Positions 9,798 through 20,653 of a stretch of DNA of 64,000 bases are shown piece after piece. This DNA comes from Bacteroidota bacterium (GTDB taxonomy: Bacteria > Bacteroidota > Bacteroidia > 2-12-FULL-35-15), in NCBI GenBank assembly GCA_021323165.1, contig JAJTCJ010000001.1:14205-78204 (forward strand). The letters are read 5' to 3'. A model generated the notes under the pieces. That model did not search any database. It saw nothing but the letters and a program-made list of their open reading frames with translations, and was not told the origin of the DNA. The translations under genes and the position numbers were made by a program. The first letter of the stretch is position 1. Each line of letters starts with the position of its first letter.

Positions 9798-12049
9798 TGG
9801 GTTCAGAAAAAGCAAAGAAACAAAGTTTTAAAAAATATGTTATCTGGTTCTGGATCATTTTTGCAGGGCCAATCGTTGGGATATTGCTCACTGTTCTAGG
9901 CATCCGCCTTTTTGCAGACCTTCCTGATACTGAAGAATTACAAAACCCTAAAACATTATTAGCAACAGAGATCTATTCAAGCGACCTGAAAGTCCTTGGT
10001 AAATTTTATACAGAAAACAGGACCAATGTAAAGTTTAAGGACATCTCACCTAATGTTGTAAATGCTCTCATAGCCACAGAAGATGCGCGATTCTTTGATC
10101 ATTCAGGCGTTGATGTACGGGCATTGGGAAGAGCTGTGTATGGAGCATTAACCGGAAATTCTGCCAGCGGTGGAGGAAGCACAATAACGCAACAGCTTGC
10201 AAAGATGCTGTTTCCGCGGGAAGATCTAAGCAAAGTTGAATTAGTGATCCGCAAGATCAAAGAGTGGATCATAGCAGTTAAGCTTGAAAAGGAATACACT
10301 AAGGAAGAGATTATCGCCCTTTATTTAAATAAATTTGATTACGTAAATAATGCTGTTGGAATAAAATCGGCTGCACAGATCTATTTTAATACAACTCCTC
10401 AGGATCTTAAGATTGAGGAAGCTGCAATGCTTGTTGGTATGGCGAAAAATCCGGCATTATTCAACCCAAACAGATTTCATGAAAGAGCAGAAGGCCGAAG
10501 AAATACTGTGTTGATGCAGATGAATAAATACGGTTATCTCACAACGGAGCAGCTGGACTCTCTTAAAAAGATCCCCCTGAAATTGAGGTTTAGACCGGAA
10601 GACCATAATGATGGTCCGGCTCCGTATTTCAGGGAATATTTACGAGATGTGTTCTTAAAGAAATGGTGTGAAGAAAACAGGAAGCCGGATGGAAAGAAAT
10701 ATGATATCTACCGCGATGGTTTGAAGATCTACACAACTTTAGATTCCAGAATGCAGCGTTATGCGGAAGAAGCAACCTCAGAACACATGAAAGATCTGCA
10801 GGCTGCATTTTTTAAAGATTGCAAGCAAAAAAGAAATGCCCCTTTTGCCTGGAATGTAAACAAGGAAGAGATAGCAAACATCATGAAGCAGGGAATGAGG
10901 CGTTCTGAGCGTTATCGTGTACTTAAAAAAGCCGGGATGAGTGAAGAAGCGATAAGAAAGAATTTTGATGTCCCTGCAGAAATGACTTTATTCACCTGGA
11001 ATGGTGAAGTTGATACAGTGATGACCCCATGGGATTCTATCCGTTATGCAAAAACATATTTACAGGCAGGATTCATGTCGATTGAACCTCAGACGGGATA
11101 TGTTAAGGCCTGGGTTGGCGGAATCAATCATAAGCATTTTCAATATGATCACGTACAAATAGGTCACGCAAGACAAGTTGGTTCCACCTTCAAACCCTTT
11201 GTTTACGCGCTTGCGATCCAGGAAGGATATTCACCATGCTACAGGCTGCCAAATGTTCCTACCACAATTACTTATGACGGAAAGGATTGGACACCGAAAA
11301 ATTCAGATGATAAGAATAACGGAAAGATGTTAACGCTGCAACAGGCACTGGCAGGGTCTGTTAACTACATCACAGCTTACCTGATGAAACAGTTCGGCCC
11401 GCAAGCCACAGTGGATCTTGCTCATAGAATGGGAGTGGTATCTAAGTTAGATCCGGTTCCTTCGATCTGTTTAGGAACAGTGGAGATCTCTGTTTTCGAA
11501 ATGGTAGGAGCCAATGCTACTTTTGCAAATAAAGGAACATGGATCCAGCCGACTTTTGTTACACGTATTGAAGACAAGAACGGAAAGGTGCTGGCGGATT
11601 TTGTTCCTTCCACAGAAGAGGTGATGAGCGAGGAAAAAGCATATGTAATGATCCAGCTTATGAAAGGTGTTGTACAAATGGGAACAGGAACTCGTTTGAG
11701 AACAAGATTCAAATTAAATCAGCCAACTGCAGGAAAGACAGGGACAACTCAGAATAACTCAGATGGATGGTTCATGGGAATAACCCCTGATCTGGTTTCC
11801 GGATGCTGGGTTGGAGGAGAAGACAGAGCGGTCCATTTTAATACCACTGATATGGGCCAGGGAGCAAGCATGGCTCTTCCGATCTATGGGAAATACATGC
11901 AGAAGGTTTATGCAGATAAAACCATTAAAATATCACAGGGGGATTTTGACAAGCCATCTAAGAAAATAGATATAGAAATGGATTGCAGCAAGTATAATGA
12001 TGCTTTAGAAAAAGAAACAGACAGTTTTGAAGAAGACGGAGGTTTTTAG
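9794..12049 (+). CDS. mrcA: Class A penicillin-binding protein 1A (transglycosylase/transpeptidase)
   Basis: ATEDARF, GGGSTITQQLAK, RKIKEW, YLN; transpeptidase STFK, SVN and KTG motifs. Confidence 0.93.
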   Translation: MMGSEKAKKQSFKKYVIWFWIIFAGPIVGILLTVLGIRLFADLPDTEELQNPKTLLATEIYSSDLKVLGKFYTENRTNVKFKDISPNVVNALIATEDARFFDHSGVDVRALGRAVYGALTGNSASGGGSTITQQLAKMLFPREDLSKVELVIRKIKEWIIAVKLEKEYTKEEIIALYLNKFDYVNNAVGIKSAAQIYFNTTPQDLKIEEAAMLVGMAKNPALFNPNRFHERAEGRRNTVLMQMNKYGYLTTEQLDSLKKIPLKLRFRPEDHNDGPAPYFREYLRDVFLKKWCEENRKPDGKKYDIYRDGLKIYTTLDSRMQRYAEEATSEHMKDLQAAFFKDCKQKRNAPFAWNVNKEEIANIMKQGMRRSERYRVLKKAGMSEEAIRKNFDVPAEMTLFTWNGEVDTVMTPWDSIRYAKTYLQAGFMSIEPQTGYVKAWVGGINHKHFQYDHVQIGHARQVGSTFKPFVYALAIQEGYSPCYRLPNVPTTITYDGKDWTPKNSDDKNNGKMLTLQQALAGSVNYITAYLMKQFGPQATVDLAHRMGVVSKLDPVPSICLGTVEISVFEMVGANATFANKGTWIQPTFVTRIEDKNGKVLADFVPSTEEVMSEEKAYVMIQLMKGVVQMGTGTRLRTRFKLNQPTAGKTGTTQNNSDGWFMGITPDLVSGCWVGGEDRAVHFNTTDMGQGASMALPIYGKYMQKVYADKTIKISQGDFDKPSKKIDIEMDCSKYNDALEKETDSFEEDGGF

Positions 12050-12153
12050 TCAGGAGAACGGAGTTGGTAGTTCGGAGACGGTAAACATTTAAATAGTATT
12101 ACAAAAGGATGATATAAATAAATGGAAATCTTGTCAAATATTTTATCACACAG

Positions 12154-12199
12154 ATTCGTAATTCGTAGTTTGAACAGATTCATAAAATCGTAATTCGTA
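12154..12199. repeat. ATTCGTA-type heptamer repeats upstream of scoA
   Basis: ATTCGTA at 12154, 12161 and 12193; ATTCATA 12178; AATCGTA 12186. Confidence 0.75.
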
Positions 12200-12203
12200 G
12201 ACC

Positions 12204-12911
12204 ATGAATAAAGTTGTTAAAAACGCGGAAGAAGCGATTAAAGACATTCAGGATAATGCTGTGCTTATGCTTGGTGGATTCGGTCTTTGCGGAATTCCGG
12301 AAAACACAATTGCTGCCCTTGTTAAAAAGGGTGTAAAGGGGCTTACCTGTATATCAAACAATGCCGGAGTTGATGATTTCGGCATTGGATTGATGCTCAA
12401 GACAAAGCAGGTAAAAAAGATGATAGCTTCATATGTAGGCGAAAATGCTGAATTTGAAAGGCAATTACTAAGCGGTGAACTTGAAGTAGAACTGATCCCT
12501 CAGGGAACACTGGCAACACGTTGTCTTGCCGCAGGTTATGGCATGCCGGCCATTTTTACGCCAGCAGGTGTAGGAACGGAAGTAGCTGAAGGAAAAGAAA
12601 CACGCAAATTTATAGTCGATGGTACCGAAAAGGAATTTCTGATGGAAATGGCTTTCGATGCGGATTTCGCGATTGTTAAAGCATGGAAAGGAGATCCCCA
12701 GGGAAATCTTGTATTTCGTGAAACAGCAAGAAACTTTAACCCGATGATGGCAATGGCTGGAAAAATAACCATAGCAGAAGTGGAGGAGCTTGTTCCTCTT
12801 GGAGCTCTTGATCCGGATCATATACACACTCCTGGAATTTATGTTCACCGGATCTTTAAAGGCGAGAAGTATGAAAAAAGAATAGAGCAGAGAACGGTAA
12901 GGAAAAAATAG
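12204..12911 (+). CDS. scoA: 3-oxoacid CoA-transferase subunit A
   Basis: [41 protein letters not shown]. Confidence 0.93.
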   Translation: MNKVVKNAEEAIKDIQDNAVLMLGGFGLCGIPENTIAALVKKGVKGLTCISNNAGVDDFGIGLMLKTKQVKKMIASYVGENAEFERQLLSGELEVELIPQGTLATRCLAAGYGMPAIFTPAGVGTEVAEGKETRKFIVDGTEKEFLMEMAFDADFAIVKAWKGDPQGNLVFRETARNFNPMMAMAGKITIAEVEELVPLGALDPDHIHTPGIYVHRIFKGEKYEKRIEQRTVRKK

Positions 12912-12939
12912 TTATCCAATGTACCGATGTGCGAATTAG

Positions 12940-12969
12940 TACATCAGCACATAAATACATCAGCACATA
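12940..12969. repeat. 14-bp direct repeat TACATCAGCACATA x2 between scoA and scoB
   Basis: Copies at 12940-12953 and 12956-12969; an imperfect inverted copy (ATGTACCGATGTG) lies just upstream. Confidence 0.8.
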
Positions 12970-13625
12970 TGTTAGACAAAATAGGTATAGCGAAACGTAT
13001 CGCAAAAGAAATAAAGGACGGCTATTATGTTAACTTAGGAATAGGAATTCCTACCCTTGTAGCCAATTATATTCCCAAAGGAATGAACGTTGTCTTGCAG
13101 TCTGAAAATGGCCTTTTAGGAATGGGTCCATTTCCATTTGAAGGAGAAGAAGATCCGGATCTTATCAATGCAGGAAAGCAAACCATCACCACTGTTCCCG
13201 GTTCTGCCTTTTTTGATTCTGCTATGAGCTTTGGAATGATTCGTTCACGAAAAGTAGATCTTACTATTTTAGGTGCCATGGAAGTAGCCGAGAACGGAGA
13301 CATTGCCAACTGGAAAATACCGGGAAAAATGGTAAAAGGAATGGGAGGAGCAATGGATCTTGTAGCTTCGGCAAAAAACATTATCGTTGCGATGCAGCAC
13401 GTAAATAAAGCAAACGAATCGAAGCTGCTGACAAAATGCAGCCTGCCTTTAACGGGAGTAAAATGTGTTAAAAAAATTGTTACTGAGCTTGCTGTTCTTG
13501 ATGTAACTTCTCAGGGCTTTAAACTTTTGGAAAGAGCTCCCGGAATAAGTGTTGAGCAGATAAAAAATGCAACCGAAGGCAAGCTGATCATTGAAGGCGA
13601 TATCCCAGAAATGCAAATAGAATAA
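12969..13625 (+). CDS. scoB: 3-oxoacid CoA-transferase subunit B (start moved to ATG 12969)
   Basis: VNLGIGIPT, QSENG catalytic Glu, GMGGAMDL; the 14 extra residues from 12927 are translated repeat sequence. Confidence 0.93.
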   Translation: MLDKIGIAKRIAKEIKDGYYVNLGIGIPTLVANYIPKGMNVVLQSENGLLGMGPFPFEGEEDPDLINAGKQTITTVPGSAFFDSAMSFGMIRSRKVDLTILGAMEVAENGDIANWKIPGKMVKGMGGAMDLVASAKNIIVAMQHVNKANESKLLTKCSLPLTGVKCVKKIVTELAVLDVTSQGFKLLERAPGISVEQIKNATEGKLIIEGDIPEMQIE

Positions 13626-13626
13626 T

Positions 13627-15195
13627 ATGGAAAGAATAATAAGATCCTGGTGGAAATGTGAACCATTTCTATTCGCACTTTTTGTTCTTATTACTGCAAT
13701 ACCAGTCATCGGTAACCAATATTTTCCTACGGTAGATGGCCCAGCCCACCTGCATAATGCCAATCTTTTAAAACATTATTTTTTTTACAATGATGAATTC
13801 ATTCTTGATTTCTTTGATCTGAATCGTCATTTGAATTCTAATTTCGTAGACCATGTATGGTTCGCGCTGTTTGGATTATTCCTTCCAACTTATTTGGTGG
13901 AAAAAAGTATTCTTCTGTTCTATGTTTTATTTCTCCCGTTTTCTTTTCGCTATCTGGTAAAACAGATTGTTAATGAAAAAAATTCTGCTGCGATCAGTGC
14001 TTATCTTATATTTCCTTTTGTTTACTCATTCACATTCAGGATAGGTTTTTTCAATTTTTGTATGGGGATTCCGGTACTCTTCTGGACATTAGGTTACTGG
14101 ATGAAACACAGGGCAGATTTGAATAAAAGGGAAATCATCTGGCTGACAATTCTTACAACAATTGTTTATGCAACACATATTTTTAATTTTATGTTATTGG
14201 GAATTTTGTTGTTTGTGAATGAGATACAACATGTCATAAACAGGGGAACACTAAAGGGAATTATAAAAACGCTGCGCATTCCTGTACTGATTTTTTTACC
14301 GGGAATTTTATTGACATGCCTATTTCTCCTTTCAAACAGCGCTTTTGAACATGCACCACCCTCTTATCTTTCGAAAGAAAAACTTACAGAAACGCTTATC
14401 AATGTTAGTCCGGCCATTACATTAAGCTATGAAAAAGAAGTTTTATATGCCCGTATAATCGGATGTTCATTGTGTGTTCTGGGCGCATTTGTAATCTATA
14501 CATTTTTTAAGACCAGAAAAAAAAATGTCCCACCCAAGCCGCAGTGGCTGTTTTCTCTGATAGTTGTTCTGTTGTTGTTTTATATTTTCCCCGATTGGAT
14601 TGCGTCCGGTGGATTCATTTCTATTCGTTGGGCCCTATTCTTCTTTCTGGTACTTATTCTTTTAATTGCAGCAAAAGGATTGGCTCCAAAACTGTTGGCA
14701 TTGCCCATAGCTGTTCTTTTAATAAATCATCTTTTCTTTATTGATTACCACAACAAGGAAACTGCAATTTTAAGCGAGTATGCAGAAACACTTGTAAGTG
14801 CGGAAGAATTTATGGATGGAAACAAGCTCTTGCTGCCATTAAATTACTCGCAAAACTGGATGCATATAAATCACGCAAATTATATGGCCACAGAGAAGAA
14901 TATAATCAACCTCGATAATTATGAACCGACAAAACCCCACTTTCCATTGATCTGGAAGCAAGGTGAACAGGTTTATGATCTGATGCAGAAGTATGGAAAC
15001 CGAAATCCGCCATGTATTAACATTGATAATTATGAAAGTAAAACACATCATAGAATAGATTATTTAAGCAGATTCTGTTTTGATGGGAATGTTTCAGATT
15101 CATGCACAGCACTAGTTGAGGCGGAGATAAAATCAAGATTTGACCTGGTCTACACATCCGAAAACAATAAGCTGCAGCTATATAAAAGGAAATGA
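13627..15195 (+). CDS. Polytopic membrane protein, GT-C-like glycosyltransferase (A)
   Basis: About 11 hydrophobic segments, acidic loop motif PTVDGPAHLHNA after TM1, soluble C-terminal domain. Confidence 0.6.
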   Translation: MERIIRSWWKCEPFLFALFVLITAIPVIGNQYFPTVDGPAHLHNANLLKHYFFYNDEFILDFFDLNRHLNSNFVDHVWFALFGLFLPTYLVEKSILLFYVLFLPFSFRYLVKQIVNEKNSAAISAYLIFPFVYSFTFRIGFFNFCMGIPVLFWTLGYWMKHRADLNKREIIWLTILTTIVYATHIFNFMLLGILLFVNEIQHVINRGTLKGIIKTLRIPVLIFLPGILLTCLFLLSNSAFEHAPPSYLSKEKLTETLINVSPAITLSYEKEVLYARIIGCSLCVLGAFVIYTFFKTRKKNVPPKPQWLFSLIVVLLLFYIFPDWIASGGFISIRWALFFFLVLILLIAAKGLAPKLLALPIAVLLINHLFFIDYHNKETAILSEYAETLVSAEEFMDGNKLLLPLNYSQNWMHINHANYMATEKNIINLDNYEPTKPHFPLIWKQGEQVYDLMQKYGNRNPPCINIDNYESKTHHRIDYLSRFCFDGNVSDSCTALVEAEIKSRFDLVYTSENNKLQLYKRK

Positions 15196-15211
15196 TTACG
15201 ATAGATAAACG

Positions 15212-17116
15212 ATGACAGTAAGAAAACAAAATAGTCCCGCAAACATTGTAATAATTATAATAGCGGTTTTATTGTTCTGTTATACAGCCTTTCGCGCCAT
15301 GATTCTTTCAATCACTTGGGATGAGGCATACACGTATATTGAATTCGCCCGAAACGGAAAAGTGCTTCTTGAAAGTTATGATCTGATGTCGGCCAACAAC
15401 CACATTCTTAATACATGGCTGATGATCCTGTTTACAAAAGCGTTCGGTGTGTCAGAGTTTGTAATGCGCATGCCCGTTTTGTTCACCTACATTTTGTACC
15501 TCTGTTTTTCAGCAAAGCTTGCCGGAAAAATAAACAGGAAATGGTTTTCTGTGACTGCGTTTATTGTTCTGAATGTAAATCCTTACATGATAGATTTTTT
15601 CACTGTTGCAAGGGGATATGGGCTGTCGATCGGGTTGATGATGAGCAGCCTGTATTTTCTTTATCAATTTAATTCGGAGAGAAAGACCAGGAGTGCGGTA
15701 ATCTCATTAATATTCGCAGGAATAGCTGTGTTGGCGAGTTTTGTATTGCTGCATTATTTTCTTGTGTTATTCGGGTTAATAATAATTCTCACTTTTTATT
15801 ATGAACAAGAGAATTCAAAAGAAAGAACAGGACTTATTATTAAGGTGCTGAAAAAGCTTATTGCTCCATTCTTAGTTGCTATTCTTTTGTTTCTTTTTGT
15901 GATTCCTATAACGCTTGATCTGAAAGCAGCCGGAGCTTTGTTCTTTGGAGGGGAAAGAAGTTTCTGGTCGGATACAATCAGTACAATAGTTGACAGATGT
16001 TTTTATGAAATTGGTTACAATTACTGGCTGCAGCGAATAACAAAAGCGTTTATCTTTCTGGTCCTGATTTGTTCTGCGATTTATTTTTGTTTAAAATTTT
16101 TCAAAAAACAACTGAATACTAATACTCTTTTTTTAGGTTCGTGTTTGTTCCTGATCAGTTTTTGCTGTCTGTCAACAGTGGTTCAGCATCATTTAATGGG
16201 AACAGCTTATCTCCTTGACAGAACAGCGCTTTTCCTGGTCATATTGTTTAGTCTTATCTTTGTTTTTTTTATAACTGAGCTATCAGCACAAAGCCCCCTT
16301 TCTGTCTATTTGGTGCATGTTTCAGCGGCATTTATGCTGATCCATTTCTTTTTGTGTTGTAACCTAACCTATGTACTTGAGTGGAGGTTCGATGCAAATA
16401 CAAAGGAGATGCTGTCGGATCTTAATGAGATAAAAGCGGTACCAAAAGGTAAAGAAACGGTTAGTGTTGGGATACCGCTTATTTTCCATCCCGCAACAAA
16501 TTTTTACAGAGAACTAAAAGACTATAGCTGGCTTAATACAACATGGAGGAAAGAAACCAATAATATGCTCCACGATTATTTCTGCATATCAAAAAATGAT
16601 CTGAAAGGTTTTAATATGGATTCTCTGCAAATCATTAAAACATACCCAGGAACGGGAAATATGCTTGCAAGGCCAAGATATCCTGTTAAAGAGTATCACG
16701 CTCAGATTGAAAAAATTCAGACCTTCCCAAATGAAAATGAAGGTCGTTTTATAGTAAATGAAAATGTTGAATACGCACCGGGATTCTCATATATTATAAA
16801 CGATAGTATTACTCCGGATAAAAAAGGTATTGTAGCGTTTTACGCTGAGGTGAAGGCACCGGACAAAGGAAACAATAATCTAATCATGGTAATTTCTTTT
16901 CAGGATGAAAAGGGTTCTTTGTACTCCTGGCAGAAGGCATATGTCAAGGATCTCATTAAAGATGAGGATAATTGGTTCAGAGCGAATTTTACTTGCATTA
17001 TTCCTGCAGAAGCTAAAGGAGGAGACGAGCTCAAGCTTTACATATGGAATCCGGATAAACATCAACTGTTTATAAAAGAGCAGGAATTTAAATGGCTTGT
17101 CCCAGTTTTAAACTAG
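15212..17116 (+). CDS. ArnT/PMT-like GT-C glycosyltransferase with C-terminal CBM-like domain (B)
   Basis: ITWDEAYTY (DE motif), ANNHILNT, DFFTVARGYG, WRFDANTKEML; C-terminal ...ELKLYIWNP. Confidence 0.72.
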   Translation: MTVRKQNSPANIVIIIIAVLLFCYTAFRAMILSITWDEAYTYIEFARNGKVLLESYDLMSANNHILNTWLMILFTKAFGVSEFVMRMPVLFTYILYLCFSAKLAGKINRKWFSVTAFIVLNVNPYMIDFFTVARGYGLSIGLMMSSLYFLYQFNSERKTRSAVISLIFAGIAVLASFVLLHYFLVLFGLIIILTFYYEQENSKERTGLIIKVLKKLIAPFLVAILLFLFVIPITLDLKAAGALFFGGERSFWSDTISTIVDRCFYEIGYNYWLQRITKAFIFLVLICSAIYFCLKFFKKQLNTNTLFLGSCLFLISFCCLSTVVQHHLMGTAYLLDRTALFLVILFSLIFVFFITELSAQSPLSVYLVHVSAAFMLIHFFLCCNLTYVLEWRFDANTKEMLSDLNEIKAVPKGKETVSVGIPLIFHPATNFYRELKDYSWLNTTWRKETNNMLHDYFCISKNDLKGFNMDSLQIIKTYPGTGNMLARPRYPVKEYHAQIEKIQTFPNENEGRFIVNENVEYAPGFSYIINDSITPDKKGIVAFYAEVKAPDKGNNNLIMVISFQDEKGSLYSWQKAYVKDLIKDEDNWFRANFTCIIPAEAKGGDELKLYIWNPDKHQLFIKEQEFKWLVPVLN

Positions 17117-17462
17117 AATATTAATGCTTTTTAATTCATTACACTTTTATTTTTTCTGACCCGGATAAAGGGTTTGATGAATAGTAAAAACCTGCAAAAA
17201 GAAAAAATCTTAATATTGTATTCAATTTAATGGCGGAAAATATAAAGCACGCAGACTCTCTGGTAGGGAAAGATTTAATATATTTGACGCTTCAGAACAG
17301 GGACCTGCTGGTTAAAAAATACAGTTAAAAGGAGTTATTGTTGTAGATACTGGTAGTGGTGCGTAGAAAAGATTTCTGGATCAGAAATGGACAACCGAAA
17401 GAATCTTACGGGAGGGTTTAATGAAAATTTATCTCGTGAATATATAAACTAACACAATAAAA

Positions 17463-18185
17463 ATGCTTATTAAAAAACTTTCGATCGTTATTCCGGCATA
17501 CAATGAAGCCAGAACAATCCATCTTATCCTGAATAAGGTGCTTGCAGTTAAGCTTGTTAATGATATTGAAAAAGAGATCATTATTGTGAATGATTGTTCG
17601 AAAGATGCAACAAAAGAAGTGATTGAAAAATACATTATAGATCATAACGCAAGCAATATCCGTTTGTTTAATCAGGAATATAACCAGGGAAAAGGAGCAG
17701 CGCTGCATAAAGGGATTTCTCTTGCAACTGGCGAGTTTCTGATCATCCAGGATGCCGATCTCGAGTATGACCCCGAAGAATATAATATTCTTTTGAAGCC
17801 AATTATAAATGGCTTTGCAGATGTTGTATTCGGTTCCCGTTTTGCAGGTGGTGAGCCTCATAGGATTCTGTTCTTCTGGCACACCATCGGAAACAAGATG
17901 CTTACTTTCATGTCAAACATGTTTACTAATCTGAATTTATCAGACATGGAAACCTGTTATAAGCTTTTCAAAACAGAAACTATTCAGGCGATCAAACTAA
18001 AAGAAAAGCGCTTTGGATTTGAACCTGAAGTAACTGCAAAGATCTCTCGTGTTCCTAACATTAGAATTTATGAAGTTGGAATTTCATATTACGGCAGAAC
18101 CTATGAAGAAGGTAAAAAAATAGGCTGGAAAGATGGTTTTAGAGCCATTTGGTGTATAATGAAATATAATATATTCTCTAAATAA
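17463..18185 (+). CDS. GT2 polyprenyl-phosphate glycosyltransferase (DPM1-like)
   Basis: [52 protein letters not shown]. Confidence 0.9.
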   Translation: MLIKKLSIVIPAYNEARTIHLILNKVLAVKLVNDIEKEIIIVNDCSKDATKEVIEKYIIDHNASNIRLFNQEYNQGKGAALHKGISLATGEFLIIQDADLEYDPEEYNILLKPIINGFADVVFGSRFAGGEPHRILFFWHTIGNKMLTFMSNMFTNLNLSDMETCYKLFKTETIQAIKLKEKRFGFEPEVTAKISRVPNIRIYEVGISYYGRTYEEGKKIGWKDGFRAIWCIMKYNIFSK

Positions 18186-18209
18186 CATAACAAAACAACA
18201 AGAGTAAAC

Positions 18210-18698
18210 ATGAAAACAAAAATCAGCGCGGCAGTTATTGCATTATTCTTTTTAATGGCATGCGGATCTTCGGAACCTAAGCAGGAGGCTGCTCAGAATG
18301 TAGAAGAAGATGTGAATGTAAAATTCATTTTAAAGGCTTCTAATATGATGTTTATAAAAATGGATAAAGACTCTGTTTTAATAGCAAACGAACCTATATC
18401 AACAAACGCTCAGGTCTTCGAAATCGTAGATCTTAATAATGGAAGGTGCGCATTAAAAGTAGCCCCGGGTAAATATGTGGTTGATGACAGAAAGAAAGAA
18501 AACAAGCTTTTTGGCAACAGCCCTAACACATGGGACTGGGAATCATTTGAAATAATTGCCTTAGATCAGACAAAAGTAAACATTAAAGCATCTTCAGGAA
18601 TGTTTGTATGTGCGGACCAAACAGCTGGAAGTTTTCTGAAGGCGGATCGTGCAGGGGCGGGAGATTGGGAAACATTCGAACTTTTGCGCCAAAATTAA
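18210..18698 (+). CDS. Lipoprotein consisting of a fascin-like beta-trefoil domain
   Basis: Lipobox LMAC; repeats of type WESFEI...IKASSGMFVCAD...WETFEL. Confidence 0.78.
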   Translation: MKTKISAAVIALFFLMACGSSEPKQEAAQNVEEDVNVKFILKASNMMFIKMDKDSVLIANEPISTNAQVFEIVDLNNGRCALKVAPGKYVVDDRKKENKLFGNSPNTWDWESFEIIALDQTKVNIKASSGMFVCADQTAGSFLKADRAGAGDWETFELLRQN

Positions 18699-18705
18699 AA
18701 ATCAA

Positions 18706-20640
18706 ATGAACAAAATAATTCTGTTTTTTCAGCAAAAAAGCCTTTTCGTTTTTCTGCTGCTGGTGCTTATTTTATCCCTTATATTTGAGTATCACGAAAC
18801 AACTTTATTGCTTCCTCAGGGTCATCACGACTGGCGCACAACAGATTGCGCCTCCTTTGCCATGATGTATTATGATCACGGGATGAATTTTTTTGAGCCT
18901 AAGGTGTTTAATGTATTAATGGGCGGTGGCCATGCTGCCGGAGAGTTTCCCGGACTTTACTACCTCGTGGCCTGCATGTATAAAATTTTTGGGCCACATG
19001 AGGTTATCTTCAGAGTGTTCTTTCTTTTAATTTTTTATTGCGGCCTTATTGCGTTATTTAAAATAGTTAAAAGGCTTACCCAGGACCTGGTTCTCTCTTT
19101 TGTTATTCCTCTTCTTCTTTTCTCTTCTCCATTGATCATGGTGTTCGGAAACAACTTTTTATGCGACATTCCTTCTTTAAGTATGGCTTTGATCGGCTGG
19201 AATTTTGTTTTTAAATATCGCGATACAACAAGGGAAAAACATTTTTGGTTAGGCATGATGTTCTTTGCTTTTGCAGGACTCTTAAAATTAAACTCCGCGA
19301 TAAGCATGATTGCTTTAGCAGGAATGTTTTTCCTTGAAATGGTTGGCTGGGTTCAATTAGGAAATAATGGAAAAATGTTCAGGAATATTAAAAGCAACAT
19401 TGCAGGCTTTCTTATGGTTGTTGCCGTTGTGGCCAGTTGGTATCTCTGGGCAATACATTATAACGCAGAACATTCTACATCATTTTTGGGAACTCAATCC
19501 TGGCCAGGCTGGCCCATCTGGGAAACAAGCGACTATGATTTCACACGAACGCTAAACCATTTTTTTGAACATGCGAGCTATTTATTTTCCTATATAACGT
19601 GCATAGTTTTAGGCTTCCTTTTGTTTTTTATAATATCAAACAGACAGGTGCTTGATCCATTGCTGTTTGGAACATTAATATTAACTCTGCTGGGTATAAT
19701 AATGTTTGTGTGTATGTTTTATGTCGGTGTGGGCGACAATGTCTATTACATTATTAATTTAATGATATTGCCCGTGTTTATAATGATCACATCTGCACTG
19801 ATCTTTAAAACGCTGTTTCCTCATATTTTTCACTCCGTTTTATTTAAGCTCTTGTTATGTGGTTTCCTTGTTTTTAATGTTACCTATGCGAAAGCCAAGT
19901 TGAAAGTCTTTTATCATGGAGGAAAATATCACTGGAAATCCAACCCGGGTTTTTATGAACCGGAGTTCAGGCCGTTTGTAGATAGCATAGGAGTTAAAAA
20001 AACGGACAAGATCATTAGCTTTCCGGATATAACACCAGATGTTACTCTTTATTTGATTGGCCGTCCGGGATGGAGTGGTTATGATGCCAAAATTGAAGAA
20101 GGAAGCCTTAATCAATGTATTCAAAATGGTGCTCAATACCTGTTTATTAATAATCCTATGCTCTTATTTGATCCGGTTTTGTTGAATTACACCGGAGATT
20201 ATGTTGCAAACTACAAAACGATATTTATTTATAGGTTGTCGTTGCCTTCCAAAAAGAACAACCCATTAAAAGGAGCGCTCAAAGACAGCAATAATCAATA
20301 TCTGACAGTTTCGCCAGAAGGAGCAAAGCCATTAAAAGTTTCAGGTGATTCAACCTCAGCCGAAACATTCACTATACTCCCGTTAGGAAAAGACCTCGTT
20401 GCTATCAGGACGCAGGGAAATAAAATTTTATCATGTGATCTAAATAACGGAGGATTGGTAACAGCTTCCACTGACTGGATTGCAGATTGGGAAATATTCA
20501 AACTTGTTAAAAACGATGATGGAACAATAAGTTTAAAAGGAGCAAACAACAAGTTCATCACAGCTGCAGGCGATAATATTGAAGCTAAATCAGAGCTTCC
20601 GGGACCGTCAGAGAGATTTAAATTAATATTTAAATATTGA
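18706..20640 (+). CDS. ArnT-like GT-C glycosyltransferase with C-terminal fascin-like beta-trefoil (E); start probably 18706
   Basis: HHDWRTTDCAS loop motif, EFPGLYY, many TMs; C-terminal AETFTI...WEIFKL...GANNKFITA repeats. Confidence 0.75.
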   Translation: MNKIILFFQQKSLFVFLLLVLILSLIFEYHETTLLLPQGHHDWRTTDCASFAMMYYDHGMNFFEPKVFNVLMGGGHAAGEFPGLYYLVACMYKIFGPHEVIFRVFFLLIFYCGLIALFKIVKRLTQDLVLSFVIPLLLFSSPLIMVFGNNFLCDIPSLSMALIGWNFVFKYRDTTREKHFWLGMMFFAFAGLLKLNSAISMIALAGMFFLEMVGWVQLGNNGKMFRNIKSNIAGFLMVVAVVASWYLWAIHYNAEHSTSFLGTQSWPGWPIWETSDYDFTRTLNHFFEHASYLFSYITCIVLGFLLFFIISNRQVLDPLLFGTLILTLLGIIMFVCMFYVGVGDNVYYIINLMILPVFIMITSALIFKTLFPHIFHSVLFKLLLCGFLVFNVTYAKAKLKVFYHGGKYHWKSNPGFYEPEFRPFVDSIGVKKTDKIISFPDITPDVTLYLIGRPGWSGYDAKIEEGSLNQCIQNGAQYLFINNPMLLFDPVLLNYTGDYVANYKTIFIYRLSLPSKKNNPLKGALKDSNNQYLTVSPEGAKPLKVSGDSTSAETFTILPLGKDLVAIRTQGNKILSCDLNNGGLVTASTDWIADWEIFKLVKNDDGTISLKGANNKFITAAGDNIEAKSELPGPSERFKLIFKY

Positions 20641-20653
20641 AGCAACCTCGTGT

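Noticed and set aside
12927-12968. N-terminal extension of scoB
   Set aside because: It is translated intergenic repeat; homology begins at MLDK (12969).
3195-12969. Short repeats read as CRISPR arrays
   Set aside because: Units are 7-14 bp without unique spacers, and no cas genes are present.
17230-17328. 32-codon ORF (MAENIKHADSLVGKDLIYLTLQNRDLLVKKYS) and a possible ops/antitermination leader before the GT2
   Set aside because: No motif, weak initiation context and no convincing ops match; cannot be supported without expression data.
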